64,000 nucleotides of DNA from Vicinamibacteria bacterium (GCA_963668695.2 CAXXLQ010000004.1:2304001-2368000); one strand, 5' to 3'; positions 30,429 to 40,647 are shown, numbered from the stretch's first letter. Translations and numbers: made by a program. The notes: a model not told the origin generated them from the sequence alone.

Positions 30429-31381
30429 CTTCCGGTCTGCTCCTCGTTGACAAGGACGAGGGACTGACCTCGTTTGCCGTCGTTCGGCGCCTTCGAAGTT
30501 TGCTCGGCGGGGTTCGGGCGGGGCACGCTGGTTCCCTCGACCCCTTTGCCACCGGCCTGCTTCCCGTCTGCGTCGGCAGGGCTACCCGGCTCGTGCGATT
30601 CGTCTCCTCGGGCGCAAAGCGATATTCGGCTCGGGTGCGTTTCGGGCAGGCCACCGATACCGACGATCCGACCGGCGAGCCGGTCGGACCTCCGGCGGCT
30701 TGTCCGGACGCGTCCGCGATCCGGCGGGCGCTCCCCGGATTCCTCGGCGCCATCGAACAGCGCCCTCCTAACTTCTCGGCCAAACACGTTGGCGGCCGGC
30801 GGGCGTACCGGCTGGCCCGTGCGGGCGAACCGGTCGAATTGGCCCCAGCCCGCGTGCGGGTGGACGAGCTGCACCTTCTCAGCTACGACGGAGAGATTGC
30901 GGAGATTGCCTGTCAGGTTGGGCCCGGTACCTACATTCGGGCGCTCGCCCGGGATCTCGGCGAGCGCCTCGGAGGAGCCGCGCATCTGGTCGGTTTGCGG
31001 CGTACCGGAGTTGGGCCTTTTCGGGTGTCGGACGCGGTGCGGCTCGAAGACTTGTTGGATCGCGGTGATGTTCTGGAGCGCCTGCTCGATCCGCTGGCCG
31101 CACTGGAAGGGATGCCGCGGCTGCTGGTATCGGAAGACGAGTGCGCGCTGTTGGGTCACGGCCGCCTGCTCCCCTACCGCGCTCGCGACCCGCTGGACGA
31201 GGGAACCGAGGAAATGCCGCTGGCGGACGGCTTCCGTTGCGCCGTGGCGCAAACGGGGGCTCCTGGCGGACCTGGATTGGGCAAGGACGCTGGCCTTGCC
31301 CTGATTGCGGTCGTTTCGGCGACCGCTCTCGGCTGGCAGCCGGTCGTGGTATGGAATCCCGGCCCGACACTTCCTGAATGA
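30425..31381 (+). CDS. truB: tRNA pseudouridine(55) synthase (likely CTG start overlapping the rbfA stop)
   Basis: GLLLVDK..GLTS upstream of GHAGSLDPFATGLL, TDTDD..G, GTYIRALARDLG. Confidence 0.93.
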   Translation: MTSGLLLVDKDEGLTSFAVVRRLRSLLGGVRAGHAGSLDPFATGLLPVCVGRATRLVRFVSSGAKRYSARVRFGQATDTDDPTGEPVGPPAACPDASAIRRALPGFLGAIEQRPPNFSAKHVGGRRAYRLARAGEPVELAPARVRVDELHLLSYDGEIAEIACQVGPGTYIRALARDLGERLGGAAHLVGLRRTGVGPFRVSDAVRLEDLLDRGDVLERLLDPLAALEGMPRLLVSEDECALLGHGRLLPYRARDPLDEGTEEMPLADGFRCAVAQTGAPGGPGLGKDAGLALIAVVSATALGWQPVVVWNPGPTLPE

Positions 31382-31464
31382 GGTTCCTGGCCCGGCGGCA
31401 TCCGAGAATCCCGGTGCGGTGTGAACCCGCGATCAAGCCGCACGAGAGGTCGCTGCTGCCCCTC

Positions 31465-31700
31465 ACAGTCTGGAGACGAAGTCACGCGCGGCCCAGTTCT
31501 CCCGGTGGGGGCTCTGCCGGCGCTGCATCCCGGTCGAACCGCGTCTCGGTGCGGCGCTCATCGTTGCGCTTCGGTCGAATACGCCTGGAATTCCTCCTCG
31601 CGGGCCTTGTCAGCCGGGCCCCCACCGGGAGGACTGGCCCCACCGGGAGAACTGGGCCTCGCCAGCCTCGGCGCTCACGTCACTTCGTCCCACGGGCTGC
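31465..31700. mobile_element. MITE-like element, degenerate
   Basis: Same core modules; right end CACTTCGTCCCACGGGCTGC. Confidence 0.75.
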
Positions 31701-31726
31701 TCGGTGTGGTAAGGTCCGGCCCGTAA

Positions 31727-31875
31727 AACCAGCCGACCGGGAATTGTGATCGCAAAGACCGAGCGTCTCGGCCTCCGGGCAACGAGTCAGGCAGACGGAA
31801 GCATTCATCAGGCGGCAGAAAGATAATTTTGACAGCGCTGGTCCCGGCTGGGGCGGCGAATCAGGAATAAGGGAA
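31727..31875 (+). promoter_or_regulatory. Possible structured rpsO (S15) leader
   Basis: CCAGCCG.ACC near 31729 can pair with GGT.CCCGGCTGG near 31840; S15 leaders are known but no model match was tested. Confidence 0.3.
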
Positions 31876-32145
31876 TTGGCACTCACACAGACATCACGAC
31901 GTGGGATCGTCGAGAAGTACCGGCGCCACGAAACGGACGCGGGTTCACCTGAGGTTCAGGTGGCGCTTCTCACTGCGCGGATCACGGGGCTGGCTGGCCA
32001 CTTCACCGATCATCGGAAGGACCACGCCTCGCGCCGGGGATTGCTCCGGATGGTGAGCCGCCGACGGCGGCTGCTGGACTATCTGCGACGGGAGAATCTG
32101 GAGCGCTATCGGCGCTTGATCGCCTCCCTCGGCCTCCGTAAGTAG
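31876..32145 (+). CDS. rpsO: 30S ribosomal protein S15
   Basis: [32 protein letters not shown]; 89 aa. Confidence 0.98.
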   Translation: MALTQTSRRGIVEKYRRHETDAGSPEVQVALLTARITGLAGHFTDHRKDHASRRGLLRMVSRRRRLLDYLRRENLERYRRLIASLGLRK

Positions 32146-32171
32146 CCCCTCCCCCGGAAGCAGAATCCCCG

Positions 32172-32197
32172 GCCTCGCCGGTCATGGCGAGGCTTAT
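32172..32197 (+). terminator. Hairpin after rpsO
   Basis: GCCTCGCC-GGTCAT-GGCGAGGC followed by TTAT (weak U-tract). Confidence 0.4.
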
Positions 32198-32303
32198 GAG
32201 AACTGACAAATGAACGCTGGAAGCCCAGGTAGAACCTGCGGTTAACCAGAGAGAACTGACAAACGAACGCTGGAAGCCCAGGTAGAACCCGCGCTTAACC
32301 AGA
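32198..32303. repeat. Two tandem 53-bp direct repeats upstream of pnp
   Basis: GAGAACTGACAAAYGAACGCTGGAAGCCCAGGTAGAACCYGCGSTTAACCAGA x2, three mismatches. Confidence 0.92.
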
Positions 32304-32319
32304 CAAGGAAAGAAACAAA

Positions 32320-34536
32320 TTGATTGAAACGGTACGAACACAGATCGGAAGCAACGATCTGATCATTGAAACAGGCCGTCTGGCCCGGCAGGCCGCGGGA
32401 GCGGTGACTGTCCGTCTGGGTGACACGGTCGTGCTTGCCACGGTAGCTGCCTCTCGCAGCGACAGGCCTGACGTCGATTTCCTCCCGCTCGCCGTGGACT
32501 ATCGGGAGAACTTCTACGCGGCGGGGCGGATCCCTGGCGGCTTCTTCAAGCGGGAGGGCCGGCCGAACGAAAAGGAGATCGTCACCTGTCGTTTGATCGA
32601 TCGTCCGCTGCGCCCCCTTTTCCCGAGTAGTTGGCGTCGCGAAACGCAAGTCACCTGTCTCCTTCTTTCCACGGATCGTGAGAACGACTCCGATGTGCTC
32701 GCGATCACGGGCGCGGCAGCGGCACTCGGAATCTCCGACCTTCCGTTCGACACTTCCATCGGCGCGGTCCGGGTCGGCTTGGTGGACGATGAGTTCGTTC
32801 TCTGTCCGACCTTCTCCGATCTGGACCGTTCGACGCTCAATCTCGTCGTAGCCGGCTCCGACGACGCCATCGTGATGGTGGAGGCGGGGGCCGAGGACGT
32901 GCCCGAGAGCCGCATGGTGGAAGCCCTCAGTTTCGCCCACGAGGGAATTCGCCGCATCGTCGGCATCCAGCAGGAACTCGTACGCCGGCTGCAGCCGAAG
33001 AAGCAGGTGGTGGTTACGAGCGATCCTGATCCAGCGCTTGCCAGCGAGATAGCGGACGGGTTCCGCGAGCGGCTGCGGGACGCACTGCAACTGTCGGGCA
33101 AGATCGAGGCCTCACGGGCCGTCAACGAGGTGAAGGCGGCTATCTCCTCCAGTCTTGAAGGTCGAAGCGACGAAGAACGCGCTGCCGCCTCCGGCATCGT
33201 CAAAGCGATGGAAGAGGACATCCTGCGCAGCACGATTCTCGACGACGGAAAACGCCTTGACGGGCGGGCCTTCGACGAGATTCGGAAGGTGACCTGCGAA
33301 GTCGGTGTTCTTCCCCGAACCCACGGGTCTGCGCTATTTACCCGCGGGGAAACCCAGGCCCTCGTCGTTACCACCCTGGCCCCCTTGAGCGAGAGTCAGC
33401 GGCTGGACTGGGTCCACGGGTCCGGAGAGAAGCGCTTTCTCCTGCATTACAATTTCCCGGCGTTCTCGGTCGGAGAGGCTCGCATGATGCGCGGTCCCGG
33501 CCGGCGGGAAATCGGTCACGGAGCTCTCGCCGAACGCGCGCTGCTTCCTGCCATTCCCGGGGAAGAACAGTTCAACTACACCATCCGGATCGTGTCCGAC
33601 ACCCTCGAATCGAACGGATCGAGTTCCATGGCGGCCGTAACCGGTGGCTGTTTGTCCCTCATGGACGCCGGCGTGCCGCTGAAGGCGCCGATCGCCGGAA
33701 TCGCTATGGGTCTCATCACCCGAGGGGACGAATACCGGGTCCTTACCGACATCGCGGGATCCGAAGACCACTACGGCGACATGGACTTCAAGGTTGCCGG
33801 CACTGCGAACGGGATCACCGCGCTGCAGATGGACATCAAGATCTCCGGGTTGCGGCTCGACATCGTCAGCGACGCCCTGGAGCAGGCGCGTCAGGCGCGA
33901 GTCAAGATTCTCGGCTTCATGGCAGCCACGATTTCCGAGCCGCGAAGTGAGACCTCCCAGTACGCGCCCGCCATCCTGACGATGAAGATTCCGGTGCGGA
34001 AGATCCGCGACGTCATCGGCCCGGGAGGCAAGACCATTCGCGCGATTACCGACGAGACCGGGGCCAAGGTGGACGTGTCCGATGACGGGACCATCCAGAT
34101 CGCCGGGTTCGACGCCAAGTCCACGCAGCGCGCCAAGGAGAAAATCGAGGCCATCGCGGTGAGCCGGCTCCCCGAGGTCGGACGGGACTACCACGGAGTG
34201 GTGAAGACGATCGTTGATTTCGGCGCCTTCGTGGAGATCCTTCCGGGAACGGACGGCCTGCTCCACATCTCGGAGATTGCCGACCGCCATGTGAACAGCG
34301 TCCGGGACGAACTTCAGGAGGGCGACGAGGTAGAGGTCCGGGTCATCGAGGTGGACGGAACCGGGAGAACCCGGCTGTCCTGCAAGGACATCATCCGGGA
34401 GCGGGCGGGCTTGCCCCCGCTTCCGCCGCGCGCGCAGCGAAAGCGCGGGGGCGGCGGCGGAGGCCGTGACCGGGACGGCGGAGGCCGGGACCGGGACCGG
34501 GACGGAGGAGGCCGGGACCACCACCGCCGCCGGTAA
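32320..34536 (+). CDS. pnp: Polyribonucleotide nucleotidyltransferase
   Basis: ETGRLARQA, RTHGSALFTRGETQ, RREIGHG, ESNGSSSMA, GDMDFKVAG, KH and S1 domains. Confidence 0.98.
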   Translation: MIETVRTQIGSNDLIIETGRLARQAAGAVTVRLGDTVVLATVAASRSDRPDVDFLPLAVDYRENFYAAGRIPGGFFKREGRPNEKEIVTCRLIDRPLRPLFPSSWRRETQVTCLLLSTDRENDSDVLAITGAAAALGISDLPFDTSIGAVRVGLVDDEFVLCPTFSDLDRSTLNLVVAGSDDAIVMVEAGAEDVPESRMVEALSFAHEGIRRIVGIQQELVRRLQPKKQVVVTSDPDPALASEIADGFRERLRDALQLSGKIEASRAVNEVKAAISSSLEGRSDEERAAASGIVKAMEEDILRSTILDDGKRLDGRAFDEIRKVTCEVGVLPRTHGSALFTRGETQALVVTTLAPLSESQRLDWVHGSGEKRFLLHYNFPAFSVGEARMMRGPGRREIGHGALAERALLPAIPGEEQFNYTIRIVSDTLESNGSSSMAAVTGGCLSLMDAGVPLKAPIAGIAMGLITRGDEYRVLTDIAGSEDHYGDMDFKVAGTANGITALQMDIKISGLRLDIVSDALEQARQARVKILGFMAATISEPRSETSQYAPAILTMKIPVRKIRDVIGPGGKTIRAITDETGAKVDVSDDGTIQIAGFDAKSTQRAKEKIEAIAVSRLPEVGRDYHGVVKTIVDFGAFVEILPGTDGLLHISEIADRHVNSVRDELQEGDEVEVRVIEVDGTGRTRLSCKDIIRERAGLPPLPPRAQRKRGGGGGGRDRDGGGRDRDRDGGGRDHHRRR

Positions 34537-34747
34537 CCCACCAAGCGGTTCCCGGACGGGGCCATGAGTCCCGTCCGGGCCCGATGCTCAACCCGGAATC
34601 GAGTCGGGGGCCCCGTCCGGAAGCCCGGCGCTTCGCGCCGGGCTTCCGAAGTGCGGCGAGGGCCCCACGGAGACCCCGGAGCAGGAGGGTTTGGGGGACC
34701 CGACTCCAGCCGCTCCTGGCTCGGGCATCGAAACTTCCTTGCGCGCC

Positions 34748-34780
34748 TGGGAGCGCCGGTCTCCAGACCGGCATCGCCCG
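34748..34780. repeat. REP-like palindrome
   Basis: GGGAGCGCCGGTCTCCAGACCGGC. Confidence 0.7.
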
Positions 34781-35067
34781 CCGGAGGCGGGCGATGCGCG
34801 CAATTCAGTGCGCTTGGATCGCACCGCGCTGTTCGGTTAGCGCGGCGGCAAGTTCCGATTCGTCGTTTCCATTGTGTGAAAGGGGGGAGTCCCCCCTTTC
34901 ACACTTTCCCCCGAAACGGGGGGCAGCGACCGTAGTTCGCTGCCATCAGTCCTAGCTCAGTCGAGCTCGCGCCACGCTTCGCAGGCCGCGCGCGGCAGCG
35001 GCGGAAAGCCATGCGACACCCGCCGTCTTTCCCTCTCGGCCCGCCCCTTTCTTCGTAGAATTCCCGA

Positions 35068-35973
35068 ATGCCTGAAGCAGTCCTGACCACCTCGCTCGAG
35101 GGCGTTGCCCTCCGCTCGCGCGGCAAGGTCCGCGACATCTACGCCGTCGAGGATCAACTTCTCCTCGTCACCACGGACCGGGTCTCGGCTTTCGACGTGG
35201 TAATCCCCGAGGGGATTCCCGAAAAGGGTCGGGTGCTCAACAGCCTGAGCGCCTGGTGGCTGCGGCGCACGGAACACATCGTTCCCAATCACCTCGTTAC
35301 CGACGACGTGGACGAGTACCCCGAGGTCCTGGCGGCGGCGAAGGGAATGCTTGACGGCCGTTCCATGCTCGTGAAGCGGCTGAACCCGGTGCCGTTCGAG
35401 TGCGTGATGCGGGGTTTTCTCTACGGGTCGGGCTGGAAGGAGTACGGGCGGCTGGGCAGCGTGTGCGGCATTCCCCTTCCGAGCGGGATGCAACTCGCCG
35501 AGCGCTTTCCGAAGCCTCTCTTCACGCCCGCCACGAAGGCGGAGGACGGGCACGACGAGAACGTCAGCGAGGAGTTCATGGCGAATGCACTGGGACGGGA
35601 GCTGACCACCCGTCTCCACGAAATCTCCCGCGAGATCTACGCGAGTGGCGTGAAGTGGGCGGCGCAGCGCGGCATCATCATCGCCGACACCAAGTTCGAG
35701 TTCGGACAGGATGAAGACGGCGGCTTGTATCTCATTGACGAGGTGCTGACGCCAGACTCCTCGCGCTTCTGGCCGGCCGACGAGTACGCCCCCGGAAAAC
35801 TCCAATCCAGTTTCGACAAGCAATATGTGCGGGACTATCTGGAGACCCTCGACTGGGACAAATCGCCGCCGGCGCCGCATCTCCCTGCCGATGTGGTCCG
35901 CGGGACGACCGAGCGTTTCCTCAGCGCCTACCGCCAGATCACCGGTTCCGCCCTGCCGGCTCCCCGCTACTGA
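35068..35973 (+). CDS. purC: SAICAR synthetase
   Basis: RGKVRDIY, TDRVSAFD, ECVMRGFL.GSGW, ADTKFEFG, DEVLTPDSSRFW, SFDKQYVRD. Confidence 0.98.
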   Translation: MPEAVLTTSLEGVALRSRGKVRDIYAVEDQLLLVTTDRVSAFDVVIPEGIPEKGRVLNSLSAWWLRRTEHIVPNHLVTDDVDEYPEVLAAAKGMLDGRSMLVKRLNPVPFECVMRGFLYGSGWKEYGRLGSVCGIPLPSGMQLAERFPKPLFTPATKAEDGHDENVSEEFMANALGRELTTRLHEISREIYASGVKWAAQRGIIIADTKFEFGQDEDGGLYLIDEVLTPDSSRFWPADEYAPGKLQSSFDKQYVRDYLETLDWDKSPPAPHLPADVVRGTTERFLSAYRQITGSALPAPRY

Positions 35974-36032
35974 CGCGGGCGGAACCGTCCACCTAGCTCT
36001 TCAGGCGGGGCAGCGCCGGCTCCGCCGGCCAA

Positions 36033-36410
36033 ACAGCCGGTGATGAAACCCGCGCGGCCCAGTTCTCCCGGTGGGGGCTCGGCCGGCGATCCATCCCGGC
36101 TGAACCGCGTCGCTTCGCGGCGCTCATCGGTTTCGGTCGGAATACACGCGGGCCAGTTCTCCCGGTGGGGGCTCCTCCCTCACGCGCCTTGTCAGCCGGA
36201 CCCCCACCGGGAGAACTGGGCCTCGCCGGCCTCGGCGCTCACGCGGTTCCACCACCGGCTGTTCACCGCGTCGCTGCGCGGCGCTCATCGTTGCGTTTCG
36301 GTCGGAATACACGCGGGCCAGTTCTCCCGGTGGGGGCTCCTCCCTCACGCGCCTTGTCAGCCGGGCTCCTCCCCGGCCTCGGCGCTCACGCCGGTTCCAC
36401 CACAGGCTGT
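36033..36410. mobile_element. Composite MITE-like cluster
   Basis: ACAGCCGGTGATGAAACCC ... CCACAGGCTGT|TA. Confidence 0.85.
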
Positions 36411-37330
36411 TAATCGCGTCCGCCGACCCTGAGACGGATCGAGCCGTCGCTCGTGCGGAGGTTGATCTGGGGGCCTGTCCCGTCTCCCAGCGTGGTGAGC
36501 GCGACCGGGCCTTCGCGTTGCCATGCACGACGGTCGCTGTCGTCCTCCGCGGTGAGGTCGCCCACGGCCGAAACCAGCGCGTTCGTGCCGCGGGGAAGGC
36601 TGAGGCGCACCGGACCATCGGCGGTGCGCAGGAACCACTCGCTGTCCCGGGCCGCTCCTCCCGCGGCGACCTCCACTTCGATCCCCCCGTCCGCCGACAC
36701 CGCCATTACTTCCTGAAGTCGCCCAAGGAGGCGGATTCGTCCTTCGGCGGTTGCGGCGTGAAACCGCCCCTCGAGATTCTCACCCTGAATGTTTCCGTCG
36801 CCGGTGCGCAGGAGGACGGGATCTTGATCGGGTCCGGCCGGCGACCGCAGACCGTCCGCGAAGATCCTGCCAGCGGCCGTCGTCGCGCGGACCGGACCGG
36901 TCAGGCCGCTGAGCTCGATGCGTCCGGAAGTGGTTCGCGCGTCCACCGCCGTACCCGTGGGCACGGCGATCTCAAGCCTGAGAACGAGGTCTTCCCACGG
37001 GGGAAAGGCCCGGGCGGTCGCGATCCGGCCCGTCACCACCACGGCTTCCGGATCCTGTTCGCGGTCGAACTCAACGAGCAGGGCGGCGAGCGCAGCCTGC
37101 ATGGCCTCCCGGGTGGGGGCCCTTGCGGAGCGCCGCACCAAAACCTCGATGTCGGTCCCGAGGTGCTCCCGTACGCTCAGCGAACCGCGGCCGAGCCGGA
37201 CAACAAGCTCGGGGGCACCGGGCCGGGTGATCGTCTCCTCCGAGGTCTCCTCGACCCAAGGAAAACACCCGAACAACAGGCTCCCGAACGCGGTCAGAAC
37301 GACGAGCAGGGCCGGGATGAATCGCTTCAT
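36410..37330 (-). CDS. DUF4097-like beta-strand repeat lipoprotein
   Basis: MKRFIPALLVVLTAFGSLLFGC lipobox; repeated (T/S).(S/D)G.I motifs; ATGA overlap with the upstream gene. Confidence 0.75.
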   Translation of the reverse strand: MKRFIPALLVVLTAFGSLLFGCFPWVEETSEETITRPGAPELVVRLGRGSLSVREHLGTDIEVLVRRSARAPTREAMQAALAALLVEFDREQDPEAVVVTGRIATARAFPPWEDLVLRLEIAVPTGTAVDARTTSGRIELSGLTGPVRATTAAGRIFADGLRSPAGPDQDPVLLRTGDGNIQGENLEGRFHAATAEGRIRLLGRLQEVMAVSADGGIEVEVAAGGAARDSEWFLRTADGPVRLSLPRGTNALVSAVGDLTAEDDSDRRAWQREGPVALTTLGDGTGPQINLRTSDGSIRLRVGGRD

Positions 37331-39057
37331 CGATTCCCCTCCCGAGGATTTCCCTCTCGAGCCGGAGACTGTCGGACCCGGACCGACAGGTCGCCGTCGT
37401 CGGTCGAGATCGTCACTCGCCGGGAAGCGGAACCTGCCGACCCCGTCCAGCGCGAACGCCCGTCGCGGTCCGTCCGTTCCAGGGCGAAGTCGCTCTCGAC
37501 TTCGCCGCCCCCGGCCTCTGCCGAGAGCGCGAAGGAGCCATCCGCCGGGAGAGCCAACCGGATGTCGCCCCGGTCGGTCGTCAGAGTGACATCTCCGTTC
37601 AATGCGTCGGTCGCCACATCCACGAGGGCGTCCCCGCCGTCCACCGAGAGCGCCTGTGCGAATTCCCGCACGGTGATGGCGCCGGCACGGCCCGAGAAGC
37701 TCGCCGGGCCGAGGAGATTCGAAGCCCGCACCTCGCCGCGCCCGCTGGAAACCGTCACCGACCCGGCGATATTCGCGAGAATGAAAGCCCCGCCAGCTCC
37801 CGAGATTTCCACCGTGGAGCGCGCCTCCCGCACCTCGACGCTTGCGGACTCGGTCACGATGCGGAGCGGCCCCCCCACGGAGGTGGCCAGGATCGGGCCG
37901 AACTCCGAGCGTACCGTCGCCGAACTTTCGATCCGGTCGAGCGTGATCGGGGAGATCCGGGTTTCGACCTCGACCGGTCCGGTGGCCAACGCCACCTCGA
38001 CCGGAGCATCCCGGCCGCGCACCCGCACCGAGGAGCCCGCGCCCGAGATCCATACCGGGGCGCCTTCCGATTCGACCGTGACGGGACCGGTCACCGATTC
38101 GACTTCGACGACGGCCCGCCGGCCGCGGATCTGAAGCCCTCCCTCGATCTCCGACGCCCACACCGCGCCGTCGCGGGCCCGCAGCGAAACCGCTCCGCGC
38201 GCGCCCCGGACGTCAAGAGGGCCCTCGCTGGTCCGGGCCTCAACGTCTCCAAAAGGCCCTTGGATGCGTACCACCCCTTCGCCGCTGAATGCCGAGATGT
38301 TGACGCCCGGAGGAAGTACTACCCGAATCTCGATGGCCACATCGGATTCGCCGGAGTCCTCCACCCCGACCGGAATCCGGCCGCTCTCGGCGTCGAAGGG
38401 CCCGGCAACCAGCCGGACGGAAGCCGCGCGGGCGGCGGCCTGTTCCCGGTTCGCTGCCCACACGCGCTTCGAGAGGGTGACGCGGCCCTCTTTGGCAATA
38501 CCCGGCGGGAGTGGCTCCGCGGTGGCTTCCGGGCCCGTGGCGTCGTCCAGTCCGGACGGGGCGGAGGGCGCCGCCTCCACCAGGATGTTGCCCGCCGGTA
38601 CCGAGATCACGACATCCACCGGGCCATCGCCGGGCAGGGAAATCGTCCTCTCGGTGACGAAGACATGCTGCGGGAAATCGGCCATCCCCCGCGCCGCCAG
38701 TCGGCTCATCTCCAAGAGACGGAGTTCGAGGCCCTGGCTCTCGATCACTCGCTGGGCCAGGGTGAGGCCCGTGCCGCAAAGGATCAGCAGCAGGAGGAGG
38801 AAGACCTCCAGCGCGCCAAATCGTGTCCTTCCCTTCCACAGCCGGCGGACAATCTTGGACAGGCCCCAAACCACCAGCAGGAGAGGCCACCAGACCGCGG
38901 CGAGCGGCAGCAATTCGAAAACAAGCAGCACGAGCCGCGTTCCCGCGAGGTTTGCCGCGAGAAACAGTCCTCCGACAAGGATCAGCCCGATTCCGAGCGC
39001 GGTGCCGCAGCCGCTTCCGGAACGGGGAGTTTTTCCCGCCGTCCCGGGATCCATCAT
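37327..39057 (-). CDS. Membrane-anchored DUF4097-like protein with N-terminal DUF5668/LiaF-like TM domain
   Basis: GLILVGGLFLAANL...WWPLLLVVWGL TM region followed by beta-repeat units. Confidence 0.75.
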   Translation of the reverse strand: MMDPGTAGKTPRSGSGCGTALGIGLILVGGLFLAANLAGTRLVLLVFELLPLAAVWWPLLLVVWGLSKIVRRLWKGRTRFGALEVFLLLLLILCGTGLTLAQRVIESQGLELRLLEMSRLAARGMADFPQHVFVTERTISLPGDGPVDVVISVPAGNILVEAAPSAPSGLDDATGPEATAEPLPPGIAKEGRVTLSKRVWAANREQAAARAASVRLVAGPFDAESGRIPVGVEDSGESDVAIEIRVVLPPGVNISAFSGEGVVRIQGPFGDVEARTSEGPLDVRGARGAVSLRARDGAVWASEIEGGLQIRGRRAVVEVESVTGPVTVESEGAPVWISGAGSSVRVRGRDAPVEVALATGPVEVETRISPITLDRIESSATVRSEFGPILATSVGGPLRIVTESASVEVREARSTVEISGAGGAFILANIAGSVTVSSGRGEVRASNLLGPASFSGRAGAITVREFAQALSVDGGDALVDVATDALNGDVTLTTDRGDIRLALPADGSFALSAEAGGGEVESDFALERTDRDGRSRWTGSAGSASRRVTISTDDGDLSVRVRQSPAREGNPREGNR

Positions 39058-39260
39058 GGTGGGGGCGGCGGAGGGCCGGACGCCGGCCCCGAACCGGAGT
39101 CGCGGTCCCGAATCACCAGGCGCACGCCCACTGCAATCAGGATGAGCGGCCAGAACCGAACGAGCTCGTCGATATCGACGATGTCGAGGTTCGACAGCAA
39201 GAAAACAATCCCGATCAGGATCAGCACTGCTCCCGTCCAGTTCCCTCGCTGGGCCATCAT
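39054..39260 (-). CDS. Small DUF5668/LiaF-like membrane protein
   Basis: GAVLILIGIVFLLSNL....RFWPLILIAVGV. Confidence 0.8.
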   Translation of the reverse strand: MMAQRGNWTGAVLILIGIVFLLSNLDIVDIDELVRFWPLILIAVGVRLVIRDRDSGSGPASGPPPPPP

Positions 39261-39263
39261 CTA

Positions 39264-39480
39264 GCAGCCTGTGGATAGAGTGACGTGAGCGCCGAGGCCG
39301 GTGAGGCCCAGTTCTCCCGGTGGGGCCAGTCCTCCCGGTGGGGGCCCGGCTGACGAGGCGCGCGAGGGAGGAATACCTGATGTATTTCGACCGAAGCGCA
39401 ACGATGAGCGACGCGAAGCGGATGGGTTCAGCCGGGATGGATCGCCGGCCGAACGCCGCGTGACTTTGTTCACAGGCTGC
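39264..39480. mobile_element. MITE-like element inside the operon
   Basis: TA|GCAGCCTGTGGATAGAGT ... ACTTTGTTCACAGGCTGC. Confidence 0.85.
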
Positions 39481-40024
39481 TCGCCTCCTCCTCTTCACCT
39501 TCCTCCGGCGGTACCCGGGGCGGGATGTCGATCGGGGCCGGCGGGGAAGGGGAGACATCCGCAACCGGGGATGCGCCGAGCGGTTCCGCAGCGGCCTGAG
39601 TGGCCGGAGATCCCTCGGCAGGAGCGTCGGGAGCTCCCGGGATCAGGGGACGTCCCCTTAAAAGTTGGAATCCGATCCAGACGAGGACCAGCGGCCAGAG
39701 TCTGAGCGCCCACTCGAGTTCGGGAATCATGGCGAGGGTCGCGATTACGCCGGCCCCCATGAGCCCCACCGCCCAGTTGCGGTCCAAAGAGACTGTCGCC
39801 GGACGTCCTTCGGCGTGGGCCCGCACCACTTCTTCGGTCGTCCGGATCGCGTTCACAATCCCGAAGATCCATACCGCAATCACCGCGGCGACCAATTCAT
39901 CCTGCAGGAGGGCGACAAACGCCGCGGCGAGCGCCAGTCCGCGGGCCGTAGCCCCGGCATAGAGGTGACCGAGGCCGGGGAGCACAACGGACAGGACACC
40001 GGCGAGTCCCGGCGAGCGATTCAT
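39470..40024 (-). CDS. Membrane protein (TM2-like N-terminus plus DUF5668-like segment)
   Basis: RSPGLAGVLSVVLPGLGHLYAG...RG; LWPLVLVWIG. Confidence 0.7.
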   Translation of the reverse strand: MNRSPGLAGVLSVVLPGLGHLYAGATARGLALAAAFVALLQDELVAAVIAVWIFGIVNAIRTTEEVVRAHAEGRPATVSLDRNWAVGLMGAGVIATLAMIPELEWALRLWPLVLVWIGFQLLRGRPLIPGAPDAPAEGSPATQAAAEPLGASPVADVSPSPPAPIDIPPRVPPEEGEEEEASSL

Positions 40025-40647
40025 GGCGCGGTCCCTCCTTGCGGGTCTCCGGCGGCAGTTGATTCGGGGTCGGAGCCCGGCGGTTCGGGGTCGGAGCCCG
40101 GAGCCGCCGCCAGTTCGTCACGGTGCCGGGTTGCCCGCTCCAAATCCCGGAGCCGGTCCCCCAAGCGGTCCATTTGGTCCTCCAGTGCGAAGGAAACCGA
40201 GGCGCGAAGCACGCCGAGTTCGGCCAGGGCCCGGTCGGTCTGACGGTTCGCGGCCGCCCGCAGACTGCTGACCCCCTCCGATGCGCGGGGAAGGGACTCG
40301 AGGGCTCCCCGGACCAGCGGAGGCTGGAAGAACAACATCATGGCCGCGGCGGCGGCTGCGGCGACCCACGTTGGCCAGTAGTTCGCCCGTCGCACGTAGA
40401 GAGTTCGGAACCGGGGCAACGTTGCGGCCAGGATGCGCCCCGAGAGCTCCGGAGGCGACGGTCCCGCACCGGCGGCGAACTCGGCCAGTCCTCTGCGGAC
40501 CGCCCGGATCTCCCCGTAAAGACGGGCGAGTTCCGGATCCTGGGCCAACCGGGCCCGAACCTCCTGCGCCTCGGCGTCGTCCAGTTCACCCGCGGTAAGA
40601 GCTGACGCCAGATTCCGGAGGCGGGCGTCCGGGCGAGAATCTCTCAA
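40021..40647 (-). CDS. Putative transmembrane anti-sigma factor
   Basis: TTGA overlap with the sigma gene stop; SALTAGELD..E...V.ARL anti-sigma-like N-terminus lacking HxxxCxxC; one TM segment. Confidence 0.65.
   Translation of the reverse strand: MRDSRPDARLRNLASALTAGELDDAEAQEVRARLAQDPELARLYGEIRAVRRGLAEFAAGAGPSPPELSGRILAATLPRFRTLYVRRANYWPTWVAAAAAAAMMLFFQPPLVRGALESLPRASEGVSSLRAAANRQTDRALAELGVLRASVSFALEDQMDRLGDRLRDLERATRHRDELAAAPGSDPEPPGSDPESTAAGDPQGGTAP

Noticed and set aside
37103-37122. 19-bp module inside the DUF4097 lipoprotein CDS (GGCCTCCCGGGTGGGGGCC)
   Set aside because: Partial match only, lacking CAGTT, and the encoded RAPTREA fits the protein. Probably chance.
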